Shown here piece after piece: positions 1-8,064 of a stretch of DNA of 30,125 nucleotides (the stretch's first letter is position 1; each line of letters begins with the position of its first letter). Source of the stretch: Chlamydiota bacterium (GTDB lineage: Bacteria; Chlamydiota; Chlamydiia; Chlamydiales; SM23-39). The notes below the pieces were generated by a model, which ran no database searches, was not told where the DNA came from, and was given only the letters and a program-made list of their open reading frames with translations. Location of the stretch: contig JBEHXF010000022.1 in NCBI GenBank assembly GCA_048498835.1, forward strand, positions 1-30,125, written 5' to 3'. A program made the translations under genes and the position numbers.

Positions 1-16
1 TCTTCCGAAATATTAA

Positions 17-1795
17 GAGGATTTCTACCTCGAAGCGCAATATGATGCCTTAGGTCGATTAGATTGGGCTACTAATAGTCTACAAGGCGAAACTCAATAT
101 TCATACGATGGACTCTCTCAACTCTCAAAAGAAAATACTAAAGAATATTCCTTCGATTCGATCGGTAACCCTATCGGAGAAGGCTATGAAGTCAATGATC
201 TGAATCAACTCCAAAGCACTCCAACCAGCCACCTTCTATTCGACCTTAATGGGAATCCCATACAAAAGCTCCCCGAAGACGATCTAGATACCCAATATCA
301 ATTCGATGCTTTAGATCGACTCATCGAAATCAAACAATCCACTAAACTAGTCCGCTACCGCTACGACGGTTTATCTAGGCTTATATCCAAACAAGTCCTT
401 TCTCTCGTAAATAACGATTGGTCTCAAGACGGCCTTCTCTTCTTCATTTTTGAGGGCGAAAGCGAGATCGGCGCATATGATCAAACTGGTAAAATCGTCC
501 AGCTTAAAGTACTCGGCCTTGGGGTGCAAGGAGACATTGGAGCAGCGATAGCTATTGAACTCGATGGAATTCCTTACGCTCCCCTTCAAGACTTCCGCGG
601 CAATATTCTAGCGCTGCAAACTTCTTCCCACCAAATTCTAGAGCAATACAACTATACAGCCTTTGGAGAAGAAGAAAATGCCGATTACCTCAATCCCTGG
701 AGATTTTCGTCCAAACGCTCCGATGAGAACCTCATTTGTTTTGGTAAACGTTTCTACGATCCATCCCTCCAACGCTGGCTTACACCCGATCCTCTCGGAT
801 CTTTAGACGGGCCCAATCTATACGCCTACGTCTGGAATAACCCCACAAACCGCCTCGATGAACTCGGTCTTTTTTCAGACAACGCATATGATCCTAAACC
901 ATATGGAAGAGGTTCATTATCAGAATTAAATGGCTTTAAGATAATTTCTTGCGATGGATGGGTCCATCCCTACCATCCTGACATCTATGTAGGCCAGCAA
1001 GTAACAATATCAGCAACATTAATCGGAAATGCAAATATTACTCTCCAATTTTCCCCCGAAGATATGTCGAGTTTTAATTCCCATTTACGTTCCATGTTCT
1101 CAAATATAGATTGGAATAGTTCATTGCAAGGAAAGGACCAGTCCTCTATTGTGACCCTCGCAATTTTAGTTAATGGCATTAATGTACAACAAAATGAACT
1201 TTTTGACTCAGCCGCTAACTTGCACAAAGAACTAGGGGGACAATGTCCAGTAATTGGTTTTTATAATCGCACTGTAAGTGTTGCAAGTGACATGGCCAGA
1301 ATCGTTATAGAATCTAATGGATTCGACACAACTTCAATTGTGGGTCTTAGACAAGTGCTTTGTTGTGTTATGGATTTTTTTTCTACCACCTGCCCTAATT
1401 ACATAGTATTCTTGGCTGGGCACAGCGAAGGAGGATTAATTATCTACCGCGCAATAGAAGGAATGGATCCAGCGCATAGGCTAATGGCTTCAAGTCATTT
1501 ACACATAAGAACGTTTGGTAGTGTAATGGAAATACCCAAAGTTTTTGGAGTGGATACATTAGATATTTGTTCAACTGCAGATACGGCAGCTATAAGAGCA
1601 AAAAAACTCCTTACTGGAAGCTCCCCACATGGATGTAACGTACAAATGATTCGTTGCATCTCAAGATTTAGGCACAGAACATGGTGGGGTGGACCAGATC
1701 ACAATTTCACTGGACCAACCTATAGTAAGGCCCTAAAAAATAACATTGAAAACCTTAGGACTACATATGAATTCGTATATCAGGGCAATCGTTAG
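17..1795 (+). CDS. rhs: Rhs/YD-repeat protein, 3' part (Rhs core plus C-terminal alpha/beta-hydrolase, DUF687-like, putative lipase/esterase toxin); 5'-incomplete
   Basis: Frame +2 is open from 17 to the TAG at 1793-1795, well upstream of the GTG at 524 in the ORF track. It encodes YD-type repeats (QYDALGRL, YSYDGLSQL, YQFDALDRL, YRYDGLSRL) and the Rhs-associated core (YNYTAFGE...NPWRFSSKR...RFYDPSLQRWLTPDPLG...NLYAYVWNNPTNRLDELGL; DxxGL at 857-871). The tip has GHSEG (1418-1432), STAD and DHNF. There is an in-frame TAA at 14-16. Confidence 0.9.
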   Translation, partial: EDFYLEAQYDALGRLDWATNSLQGETQYSYDGLSQLSKENTKEYSFDSIGNPIGEGYEVNDLNQLQSTPTSHLLFDLNGNPIQKLPEDDLDTQYQFDALDRLIEIKQSTKLVRYRYDGLSRLISKQVLSLVNNDWSQDGLLFFIFEGESEIGAYDQTGKIVQLKVLGLGVQGDIGAAIAIELDGIPYAPLQDFRGNILALQTSSHQILEQYNYTAFGEEENADYLNPWRFSSKRSDENLICFGKRFYDPSLQRWLTPDPLGSLDGPNLYAYVWNNPTNRLDELGLFSDNAYDPKPYGRGSLSELNGFKIISCDGWVHPYHPDIYVGQQVTISATLIGNANITLQFSPEDMSSFNSHLRSMFSNIDWNSSLQGKDQSSIVTLAILVNGINVQQNELFDSAANLHKELGGQCPVIGFYNRTVSVASDMARIVIESNGFDTTSIVGLRQVLCCVMDFFSTTCPNYIVFLAGHSEGGLIIYRAIEGMDPAHRLMASSHLHIRTFGSVMEIPKVFGVDTLDICSTADTAAIRAKKLLTGSSPHGCNVQMIRCISRFRHRTWWGGPDHNFTGPTYSKALKNNIENLRTTYEFVYQGNR

Positions 1796-2333
1796 AACGT
1801 TTTTATTTTTTTTAGGAATGAACACTTATGAACTATATTCAGATCAATATAAATACGTTAAATCTGAAAGAGAAATTTATGCAGATAAGGTAAGTTATGA
1901 GTTTATAGATGAAGTGAGAAAAGAATACTCCCTATCATTAGAAGGATATGGCGGGAGTATGCCTGAAAAAATCGAATCAATTGAAATAATGTTTGAATCG
2001 AAAAACAAGGCAACAATTAACGATGCAAGATGGTTGTTAATTTCTTTAAAAGAAAAGTTCGCGAATAAAATAAATAACAATCAAAAAATCAGACCTTTTT
2101 TAGCTGAATATCCCTTTTCTCTCGCTAGAGCAAAAATATGCATCTCATTTCAAGAAGGAAATGAATCAAATACCGTAGATTATGTCCATGTGGGTAAAAA
2201 CAAAGTATTTTATTGCAAGCTTAATCAAACGGACGGGTCATATGAGCATATGCTTGTGGAATCATTTGACGACGCTCTAAAAGAGTTTGATTCTTCGAAA
2301 ACGCCGTTAATTTTCAATAAATCAATCAAATAG
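1767..2333 (+). CDS. Putative Rhs immunity protein, copy 1 (signal-peptide protein, uncharacterised family)
   Basis: ATG at 1767 with AGGA (1757-1760) 6 nt upstream, preferred over the TTG at 1746; overlaps the Rhs stop by 29 nt. Shares GxSMPxKIE, ARWLLI, KIRxFLxxYPF and NKxxY motifs with copies 2-5. Immunity role is inferred from position. Confidence 0.8.
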   Translation: MNSYIRAIVRTFLFFLGMNTYELYSDQYKYVKSEREIYADKVSYEFIDEVRKEYSLSLEGYGGSMPEKIESIEIMFESKNKATINDARWLLISLKEKFANKINNNQKIRPFLAEYPFSLARAKICISFQEGNESNTVDYVHVGKNKVFYCKLNQTDGSYEHMLVESFDDALKEFDSSKTPLIFNKSIK

Positions 2334-2339
2334 AAATTA

Positions 2340-2910
2340 ATGAAAAAATTAAATCAAACGAAAAAAATTTGGAAAATTATTCCTTTTATTGTGCTGATCA
2401 AAAGCGGGCTTCATGCTAAACCCTACAACTACTTATCTACAGAACGCGAAATTTACGCTGAAAAAGTAAGCAATGAGTTCATCAAGGAAGTCAGCGATGA
2501 ATTTGGGCTTTTGGTAGAAGCATACGGCGGAAGTATGCCTGAAAAAATCGAAAAAATAAATCTAAGATTCCAATTTAACAAGCCAGTTACTGTTGAAGAA
2601 GCGCGATGGCTCTTAATAAATTTAAGAAAAAAATTAGCATATAAAGTAAATGAAAATGAAAAAAATACGTCCGTTTTTAGCTCAATATCCTTTTACTCCA
2701 ATTAGAGCTGATATCGATCTTTCTTTTCCAAAAACAAATAATGCAGATGAAGTAGATTATGTATTTGTAGACAGAAATAAGATTTTCTACAGTAAATACA
2801 ATCAGACAGAAAAAATATACAAAGACATATTAATCGAATCCCTTGATGATACATTAAATCAATACGACGAATCTAAAATACATTTAATTTTTCAAAAAGA
2901 TAAAGTTTAA
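2340..2910 (+). pseudogene. Putative immunity protein, copy 2, split by a +1 frameshift in an A-tract
   Basis: ORFs 2340..2705 and 2650..2910 are the N- and C-halves of one paralogue. The run at 2659-2665 is A7, where copies 1, 4 and 5 have A6. Deleting one A gives a 189-aa full-length protein (...VNENEKIRPFLAQYPF...). Could be a sequencing error. Confidence 0.8.
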
Positions 2911-3629
2911 GATGAAGACATTCAATAAAAAGAAACTAATTACTTGTTTTCTATTTCTTCTTATCGACCAAATCAAAAGTGTGCTTTATGCTAAACCATA
3001 TGAATATGTTCAAAGGCAGGATGAAATATATTTAGACGAGATAAGCGCAAATTTCATAAATGAAGTTGAAAAAGAATTTGGATTATCCCTTCATGCATTT
3101 GGTGCAAGCATGCCCGATAAGATCGAGATGATTAATTTAAGATTTGAATTAGAGAAAGCGGTTACTGTAGAAGAAGCTCGTTGGCTGTTAATCAATTTAA
3201 GAAAAAAACTATCATCCAAAGTAAATGAAAATGGGAAAATACGTAAATTTTTAGCTGAATATCCATTCACACCTGAAAGAGCTAATATCACTCTTTATTT
3301 TCCTGCAAAAAATGGAATAAACAATATAGATTTTGTTCACGTCGGAAAAAATAAAATATATTACTGTAAATACAACGAAAAAGAAGAAAATTACGAGGAT
3401 TTTTTAATCGAACCATTTGATAAAGCGCTAAGTGAATATGACGCTACTCAAATTCCATTAATTTTTCAAAAAAAATAAAGTTTAAGATGAAGACATTCAA
3501 TAAAAAGAAACTAATTACTTGTTTTCTCTTTCTTCTTATCGGCCAAATCAAAAGTGAGCTTTATGCTAAACCATATGAATATGTTCAAAGGCAGGATGAA
3601 ATATATTTAAACGAGATAAGCGCAAATTT
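2900..3629 (+). repeat. 155-bp direct repeat (2900-3054 and 3475-3629) covering the intergenic junction and 5' ends of copies 3 and 4
   Basis: Manual alignment: offset 575 nt, 4 mismatches in 155 bp. Confidence 0.9.
2912..3478 (+). CDS. Putative immunity protein, copy 3
   Basis: 188 aa; Lys-rich N-terminus, hydrophobic stretch and LYA|KPY cleavage-like site; family motifs conserved. Confidence 0.85.
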   Translation: MKTFNKKKLITCFLFLLIDQIKSVLYAKPYEYVQRQDEIYLDEISANFINEVEKEFGLSLHAFGASMPDKIEMINLRFELEKAVTVEEARWLLINLRKKLSSKVNENGKIRKFLAEYPFTPERANITLYFPAKNGINNIDFVHVGKNKIYYCKYNEKEENYEDFLIEPFDKALSEYDATQIPLIFQKK

Positions 3630-4059
3630 TATCCGAGAAGTTGAAAAGGAATTCGGATTATCACTTAATGCTTTTGGCGCAAGCATGCCAGATAAAATTG
3701 AAGCAATAAATTTAAGATTTGAATATGACAAAGCAGTTACCATCCAAGAAGCGCGATGGCTGTTAATTAACTTAAGAAAAAAATTAGTATCCAGAGTAAA
3801 TGAAAACGAAAAAATACGTCCTTTTTTAGCTGAATACCCTTTTACTCCTGCAAGAGCAAATATCTCTCTTTGTTTTCCAAAAGTAAGCAAAATTGAAAAG
3901 GTTGATTTTGTGCACGTAGGCAAAAACAAAATCTTTTATTGTAAATACAATCAGAAAAAACAATCATATGACCATCTCTTAGTCGAGTCACTTGATGACG
4001 CAATAAAAGAATATAATCTATTAAAAATGCCATCAATTTTTAAGACCTCAGCCATATAG
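3487..4059 (+). CDS. Putative immunity protein, copy 4
   Basis: 190 aa; 5' end nearly identical to copy 3; family motifs conserved. Confidence 0.85.
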   Translation: MKTFNKKKLITCFLFLLIGQIKSELYAKPYEYVQRQDEIYLNEISANFIREVEKEFGLSLNAFGASMPDKIEAINLRFEYDKAVTIQEARWLLINLRKKLVSRVNENEKIRPFLAEYPFTPARANISLCFPKVSKIEKVDFVHVGKNKIFYCKYNQKKQSYDHLLVESLDDAIKEYNLLKMPSIFKTSAI

Positions 4060-4065
4060 AAAAAA

Positions 4066-4611
4066 ATGAAAAAATCAAGGTGGCTATTTATATTAGTAAT
4101 ATTTATTGGGCTAATAGAAGCTCGGCTTCATGCTAAACCGTATGAACATATTCCAAGACAGGATGAAATATATTTAGATGAGATAAGCGCTAATTTTATC
4201 CAAGAAGTCAGCGATGAATTTGGGCTTTTGGTAGAAGCATACGGCGGAAGTATGCCTGAAAAAATCGAAAAGATAAACTTAAGATTTCGTTCAAATAAGA
4301 AGACCTCTATCGATGAAGCTCGATGGCTGTTAATTAGTCTCATGCAGAGACTAGCCGAACAAATTAATCAGGATGAAAAAATACGCCCTTTTCTAGTGGA
4401 ATATCCTTTTCCTGCTACAAGGGCAAACATATCGATAAATTTTCTAAAAACATCTTTGGATGAATTAAACACCGTTGACTTTGTTCTTACGGGCAGAAAT
4501 AAGGTATTTTATTGCAAATTCGATCAAGAAGAAGAGTACGAAGACTTACTCGTCGAATCTTTTGATGATGCTTTAAAAGCCCATAAAGAAATAAATTTGA
4601 AGCGCGAATAA
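4066..4611 (+). CDS. Putative immunity protein, copy 5
   Basis: 181 aa; clear Sec-type signal peptide (MKKSRWLFILVIFIGLIEARLHA|KPY); family motifs conserved. Confidence 0.85.
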   Translation: MKKSRWLFILVIFIGLIEARLHAKPYEHIPRQDEIYLDEISANFIQEVSDEFGLLVEAYGGSMPEKIEKINLRFRSNKKTSIDEARWLLISLMQRLAEQINQDEKIRPFLVEYPFPATRANISINFLKTSLDELNTVDFVLTGRNKVFYCKFDQEEEYEDLLVESFDDALKAHKEINLKRE

Positions 4612-4623
4612 ATTTGGAGAAAT

Positions 4624-6108
4624 ATGGATCGACTCATTGGATTATGTGAAAAGTACTGGATGGCAATCGCGGGAAGCGCCCTTATTTTATTCTCGTTAGG
4701 TTATTTCTTATGGTATGCATTCAATATGCCCTGGCTGAGCATAGGCTCAAAAGTCGTATGCTCTTATGCTTTAGCTGGGGGAACATTTGTTGGCGGCATT
4801 CTATTGCATTCCAGATCCAGGACGGGAAGCAATGTTCTATTGGCCATCGGAGGAATCGCTTCGTTCCTTATATCGTATTTAGCGCATGTTTATCTCGGGT
4901 TATTTGACCTGAAAACTACGTTGGTATTTGTCTGCGCTACGATTGTTCCGATAGCCTTAGTTTCTATCCGGTTCAATTCTCAACCACTGATCAGTTTGGC
5001 TACCTTTGGCGGCTTCATTATTCCAGCCTTTATACCCTTGTCTCCAAACGCTTTTCCCGATCTCACTTTTTACATTTTAGCGCTTCAAATTATATTCTTA
5101 GCCTTGGCTGTTAGTTACCAGTGGCCTGTAGTTCTTATGTTAGCTTCTTGCGGCCCTGTGTTATCATTTTTTACGTTTGTCATTGACACTCCTGAATGGT
5201 TTTTCATCCTCGAGTCCGTCTTCTTACTGAGTGCTGTTACACTCGCTATCTTGAAGCGAAATTGGTATCAAAGCGCAATCGTTCCTCTCGCTCTGTGGAT
5301 GCCGGCTACATGGTTGGCGTGCCATGGTGAATATTCATATTGCTGGCCTCTTTTCTCTGTTGGGTTCATTACTTTCTCTTATTTGAGTTACAAGATCAAT
5401 GAAGAAAACCCTTCCAGAGCCACGCGGAGATTTTTATTTGTTTCTGCAGTATTAATCGGCATTTGGATGCCCTGGGCCTTCCCTCCAAAAATGAGTTATT
5501 TATGGAGTGTCGTTTGTGGTAGCGGCCTCATTATGGGAGTCATTTATGCCATTACGAAATATGTAAAAAGACCCACTCTTACTCGGGTGATTCCCCTTCT
5601 TTACATCCACGTTTTTGCTTTTTGCTTTCTTGAAATCTTTCTTTCAGACGAAATTACAAAAAAAATATTTTCTTTTGAGCTATTACTACTAGCTCTAATC
5701 CTTGGAATTTCACAGTTCTTGATTGCAAAAGGTGAGTTTTTTAATCCAAGGAAAACTTGGCAATGGACTCCAGGGATGCTTTCGGCTATTTGCTTACTGA
5801 CCCAATTTTATATGTTAGGGCAACACTATTTCGAATTGCTAGCCTGCCGAAGTTTAGTCCTATTAATTGCTTCTTTTGTTGCAGTTTCCTCATTCTATCT
5901 AAGCAAGAAATATATGAATCAAAACCTGAAGATATTTAGCTATATTCTTTCTGTTATTATTTTCGTTCGTCTATTTCTTTATGAGCTCTGGGAAATGCCG
6001 ATCTTGGCAAAGATGATTACGTTTTTCTTCATCGGAATTATGTTCATTGCAACAGCTTTCATACAGAATAAAGCGAAGACACCCCCTCCAATACCCAACC
6101 AAGAATAG
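4624..6108 (+). CDS. DUF2339-like multi-pass membrane protein
   Basis: 494 aa with many TM segments. N-terminal pattern W..IAG..L...GYFL.YAF...WL...SIRFNSQ...LATFGGF and C-terminal LFLYEL...KMI.FF.IG resemble DUF2339. SD GGAGA at 4616-4620. Confidence 0.7.
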   Translation: MDRLIGLCEKYWMAIAGSALILFSLGYFLWYAFNMPWLSIGSKVVCSYALAGGTFVGGILLHSRSRTGSNVLLAIGGIASFLISYLAHVYLGLFDLKTTLVFVCATIVPIALVSIRFNSQPLISLATFGGFIIPAFIPLSPNAFPDLTFYILALQIIFLALAVSYQWPVVLMLASCGPVLSFFTFVIDTPEWFFILESVFLLSAVTLAILKRNWYQSAIVPLALWMPATWLACHGEYSYCWPLFSVGFITFSYLSYKINEENPSRATRRFLFVSAVLIGIWMPWAFPPKMSYLWSVVCGSGLIMGVIYAITKYVKRPTLTRVIPLLYIHVFAFCFLEIFLSDEITKKIFSFELLLLALILGISQFLIAKGEFFNPRKTWQWTPGMLSAICLLTQFYMLGQHYFELLACRSLVLLIASFVAVSSFYLSKKYMNQNLKIFSYILSVIIFVRLFLYELWEMPILAKMITFFFIGIMFIATAFIQNKAKTPPPIPNQE

Positions 6109-6129
6109 AGCAAGTGGAGTGGAAAAAAC

Positions 6130-6600
6130 ATGAACACATTTGAATGGTTTGTATTCAATTTCTTAATGACCAAGCTGTTTATGGTCAGCTTGGTATTTGG
6201 TTGCGCTTACGGGTGTCTTGTTCCAGCAACTTACAAAAGTTATCTAAATTGGAAGAGTGATCCGTTACCAGCGAAGTTTTCAAGCCTGGTGGTTTTGGGT
6301 TTTACATCCGTTTTCATAATTTTTTCTGCATTCCCTATTTTCTTCACGGAAACAGAGAGACTTCAAGAGATGCTTCCCGAAGAATATAATTCCCTGATTG
6401 TTTTTTTAATTTTAGGTGTTCTAACTTCAAGTTTTTTCCTTCCAAAAGCCTACGAACTCTATCTCAAGCTGAAGGTATCTAAGAAAGCGAAAGATTTCAC
6501 AGCGATGGTCTTTTTAGGGACCATCGCTCTGTTCTTTATGAGCTATCTTGGTGTTTCGATACTGAAATCAGCCGTTGGATTATCTAGAGTTGGACTTTAA
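6130..6600 (+). CDS. Hypothetical ~4-TM membrane protein with internal duplication
   Basis: 156 aa; hydrophobic segments; aa 32-57 and 105-130 align without gaps. Confidence 0.7.
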   Translation: MNTFEWFVFNFLMTKLFMVSLVFGCAYGCLVPATYKSYLNWKSDPLPAKFSSLVVLGFTSVFIIFSAFPIFFTETERLQEMLPEEYNSLIVFLILGVLTSSFFLPKAYELYLKLKVSKKAKDFTAMVFLGTIALFFMSYLGVSILKSAVGLSRVGL

Positions 6601-7449
6601 AAGGTCTAAGGCGGGAGCCATACTATCCAGAGCAGCCGAAAAATCAGGATGAACTTCGATTTTTTTGCTTTCTTCTTCAATTGTATTCCAAAGTTGACCG
6701 GTTTTTTCATCGAGCATCATTGGATACTGAGGAATAATTCGAGAAAAGAGTTCCACTTTTTGTTGTGTAGTCAGGTCTCTGTAAGAATTAATTAGCGTTT
6801 GTTGACCTTCAAGATAAACAGGAAGTTTAGAAATGACAAGAGTCTCTCGCTGTGTAGTTGAATAAATGAGAAAAAACACTAAAAGTATATTTGCAAAAGA
6901 GTGCTTATACACGACTTCATCGCTTTTTAGACTCTGAATAAAATCAGCCCAATTAGCTTTTGGATAAAGTATCTTTAACGTTTTTATTGAATGGAAAATA
7001 AAGCCATCTGTTTGAGCAGGAGAAAAATTTTCCATCCAATCTAGGTTATTTAAGAGCTTATCCCATGTTTGTAGGCCGGCGCCCTCTTCTAGAGAAGGAA
7101 ATTCGGCTATTCGTTCGCTCTCGGCTTCGGTAGGTCGAGAACTAATCTGGCTGCTTCTAACTTCTTCTGTCGTAGCAGCGGTTCGTCTTGGTCGTGGAGA
7201 GAGATCGTCAATCAGACATAAGTTAGCCACTTTGTCAAATCCACAGGCGTTCAATCCAGCTCGGACTAGATCGACTACGAGAGCTGGAATCACTGAGAAA
7301 AATGCTCCAGCGATCAGGACTACCTTAAGGGCCGTTTCAAAACAGTCAGTTGGCTGGTCTTCATAAATCTCAGAGCTAAATGTCAGTACGTTCTGAGTAT
7401 AGAGAAAGGACTTAGGAACGTAATTCGAAAAAATTGCGATGCATGTCAT
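6580..7449 (-). CDS. Hypothetical protein
   Basis: Long ORF; ATG at 7449 preceded by GAGG is preferred over TTG 7500. One long hydrophobic stretch (ALKVVLIAGAFFSVIPALVVDLV) followed by a low-complexity R/T/S/E linker. Overlaps the convergent gene by 21 nt. Confidence 0.7.
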   Translation of the reverse strand: MTCIAIFSNYVPKSFLYTQNVLTFSSEIYEDQPTDCFETALKVVLIAGAFFSVIPALVVDLVRAGLNACGFDKVANLCLIDDLSPRPRRTAATTEEVRSSQISSRPTEAESERIAEFPSLEEGAGLQTWDKLLNNLDWMENFSPAQTDGFIFHSIKTLKILYPKANWADFIQSLKSDEVVYKHSFANILLVFFLIYSTTQRETLVISKLPVYLEGQQTLINSYRDLTTQQKVELFSRIIPQYPMMLDEKTGQLWNTIEEESKKIEVHPDFSAALDSMAPALDLLKSNSR

Positions 7450-7521
7450 AAAAACCTCGTTGAAGGGGCGAGAGTATAAAGTTGACTCCAAAAAACTCAA
7501 AGGAATTTGTTTAAGCGCTTA

Positions 7522-8064
7522 TCATGTTCTTATGAAATAAGAACAACATGCAAATATACAATTAGCCGTCTTAGCAGCTTTCATTGCAGCAAGATTTCTA
7601 GAGTCTACCCAAACTTTTTCTCCTTTTGCTATTTCCACAAGCCGAAAACCATGCAGGCTATAATTGTATCGCTCGGTTGATTCATAAACTTGTTGCGTGC
7701 CTTCAAGTTGTCGATAAAGGTTGATTGGTTTGAAAAACTCGTAGGCAGTTTTACCTACTTTTTGTGCAACGACCATGCCGTCACAATCCGATTCTGCTAA
7801 CCCAGGCGTAACAGGCACGGTGGAACCATCGGGCGCTCTTACAAGAAGAACGGGGTATTTTTCGAATTTATGTCCAAGCTTAGGTAGAAAATGAATCTCG
7901 CCAACTTGCCACTCCCCTTCTGCGTTGCGAATGGGTGAAATAAGACTATCTGGATGATCTTGTACGGGTCCGAATTTTCCTTTGTAAGTGGCTTCGCGCT
8001 CGGATAGGGTTTTTTGAATGCTTACTTGATCAGCAGGATTTAACGCTGTCGCTTGGATACTCAT
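7522..8064 (-). CDS. Hypothetical protein
   Basis: 180 aa ORF with strong SD (AGAGGAG) upstream of the ATG; Cys-rich C-terminus (NCIFACCSYFIRT). Confidence 0.75.
   Translation of the reverse strand: MSIQATALNPADQVSIQKTLSEREATYKGKFGPVQDHPDSLISPIRNAEGEWQVGEIHFLPKLGHKFEKYPVLLVRAPDGSTVPVTPGLAESDCDGMVVAQKVGKTAYEFFKPINLYRQLEGTQQVYESTERYNYSLHGFRLVEIAKGEKVWVDSRNLAAMKAAKTANCIFACCSYFIRT

Larger units (their letters stand above)
2487..4271 (+). repeat. 68-bp perfect repeat shared by copies 2 and 5 (2487-2554 and 4204-4271)
   Basis: GAAGTCAGCGATGAATTTGGGCTTTTGGTAGAAGCATACGGCGGAAGTATGCCTGAAAAAATCGAAAA occurs identically at both positions. Confidence 0.9.

Noticed and set aside
2650..2910. Independent 86-aa gene
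   Set aside because: It is the C-terminal half of frameshifted copy 2.
371..4343. Minus-strand ORFs (371..589, 985..1227, 1895..2080, 3091..3291, 3585..3929, 3842..4036, 4128..4343)
   Set aside because: Antisense shadows of the Rhs and paralogue genes; their mutual similarity just mirrors the paralogy.
2340..4611. Repeated DNA blocks as a CRISPR array or DGR template/variable repeats
   Set aside because: The repeats are in-frame parts of paralogous genes spaced ~570 nt apart. There is no repeat-spacer periodicity, no cas gene and no reverse transcriptase in the window.
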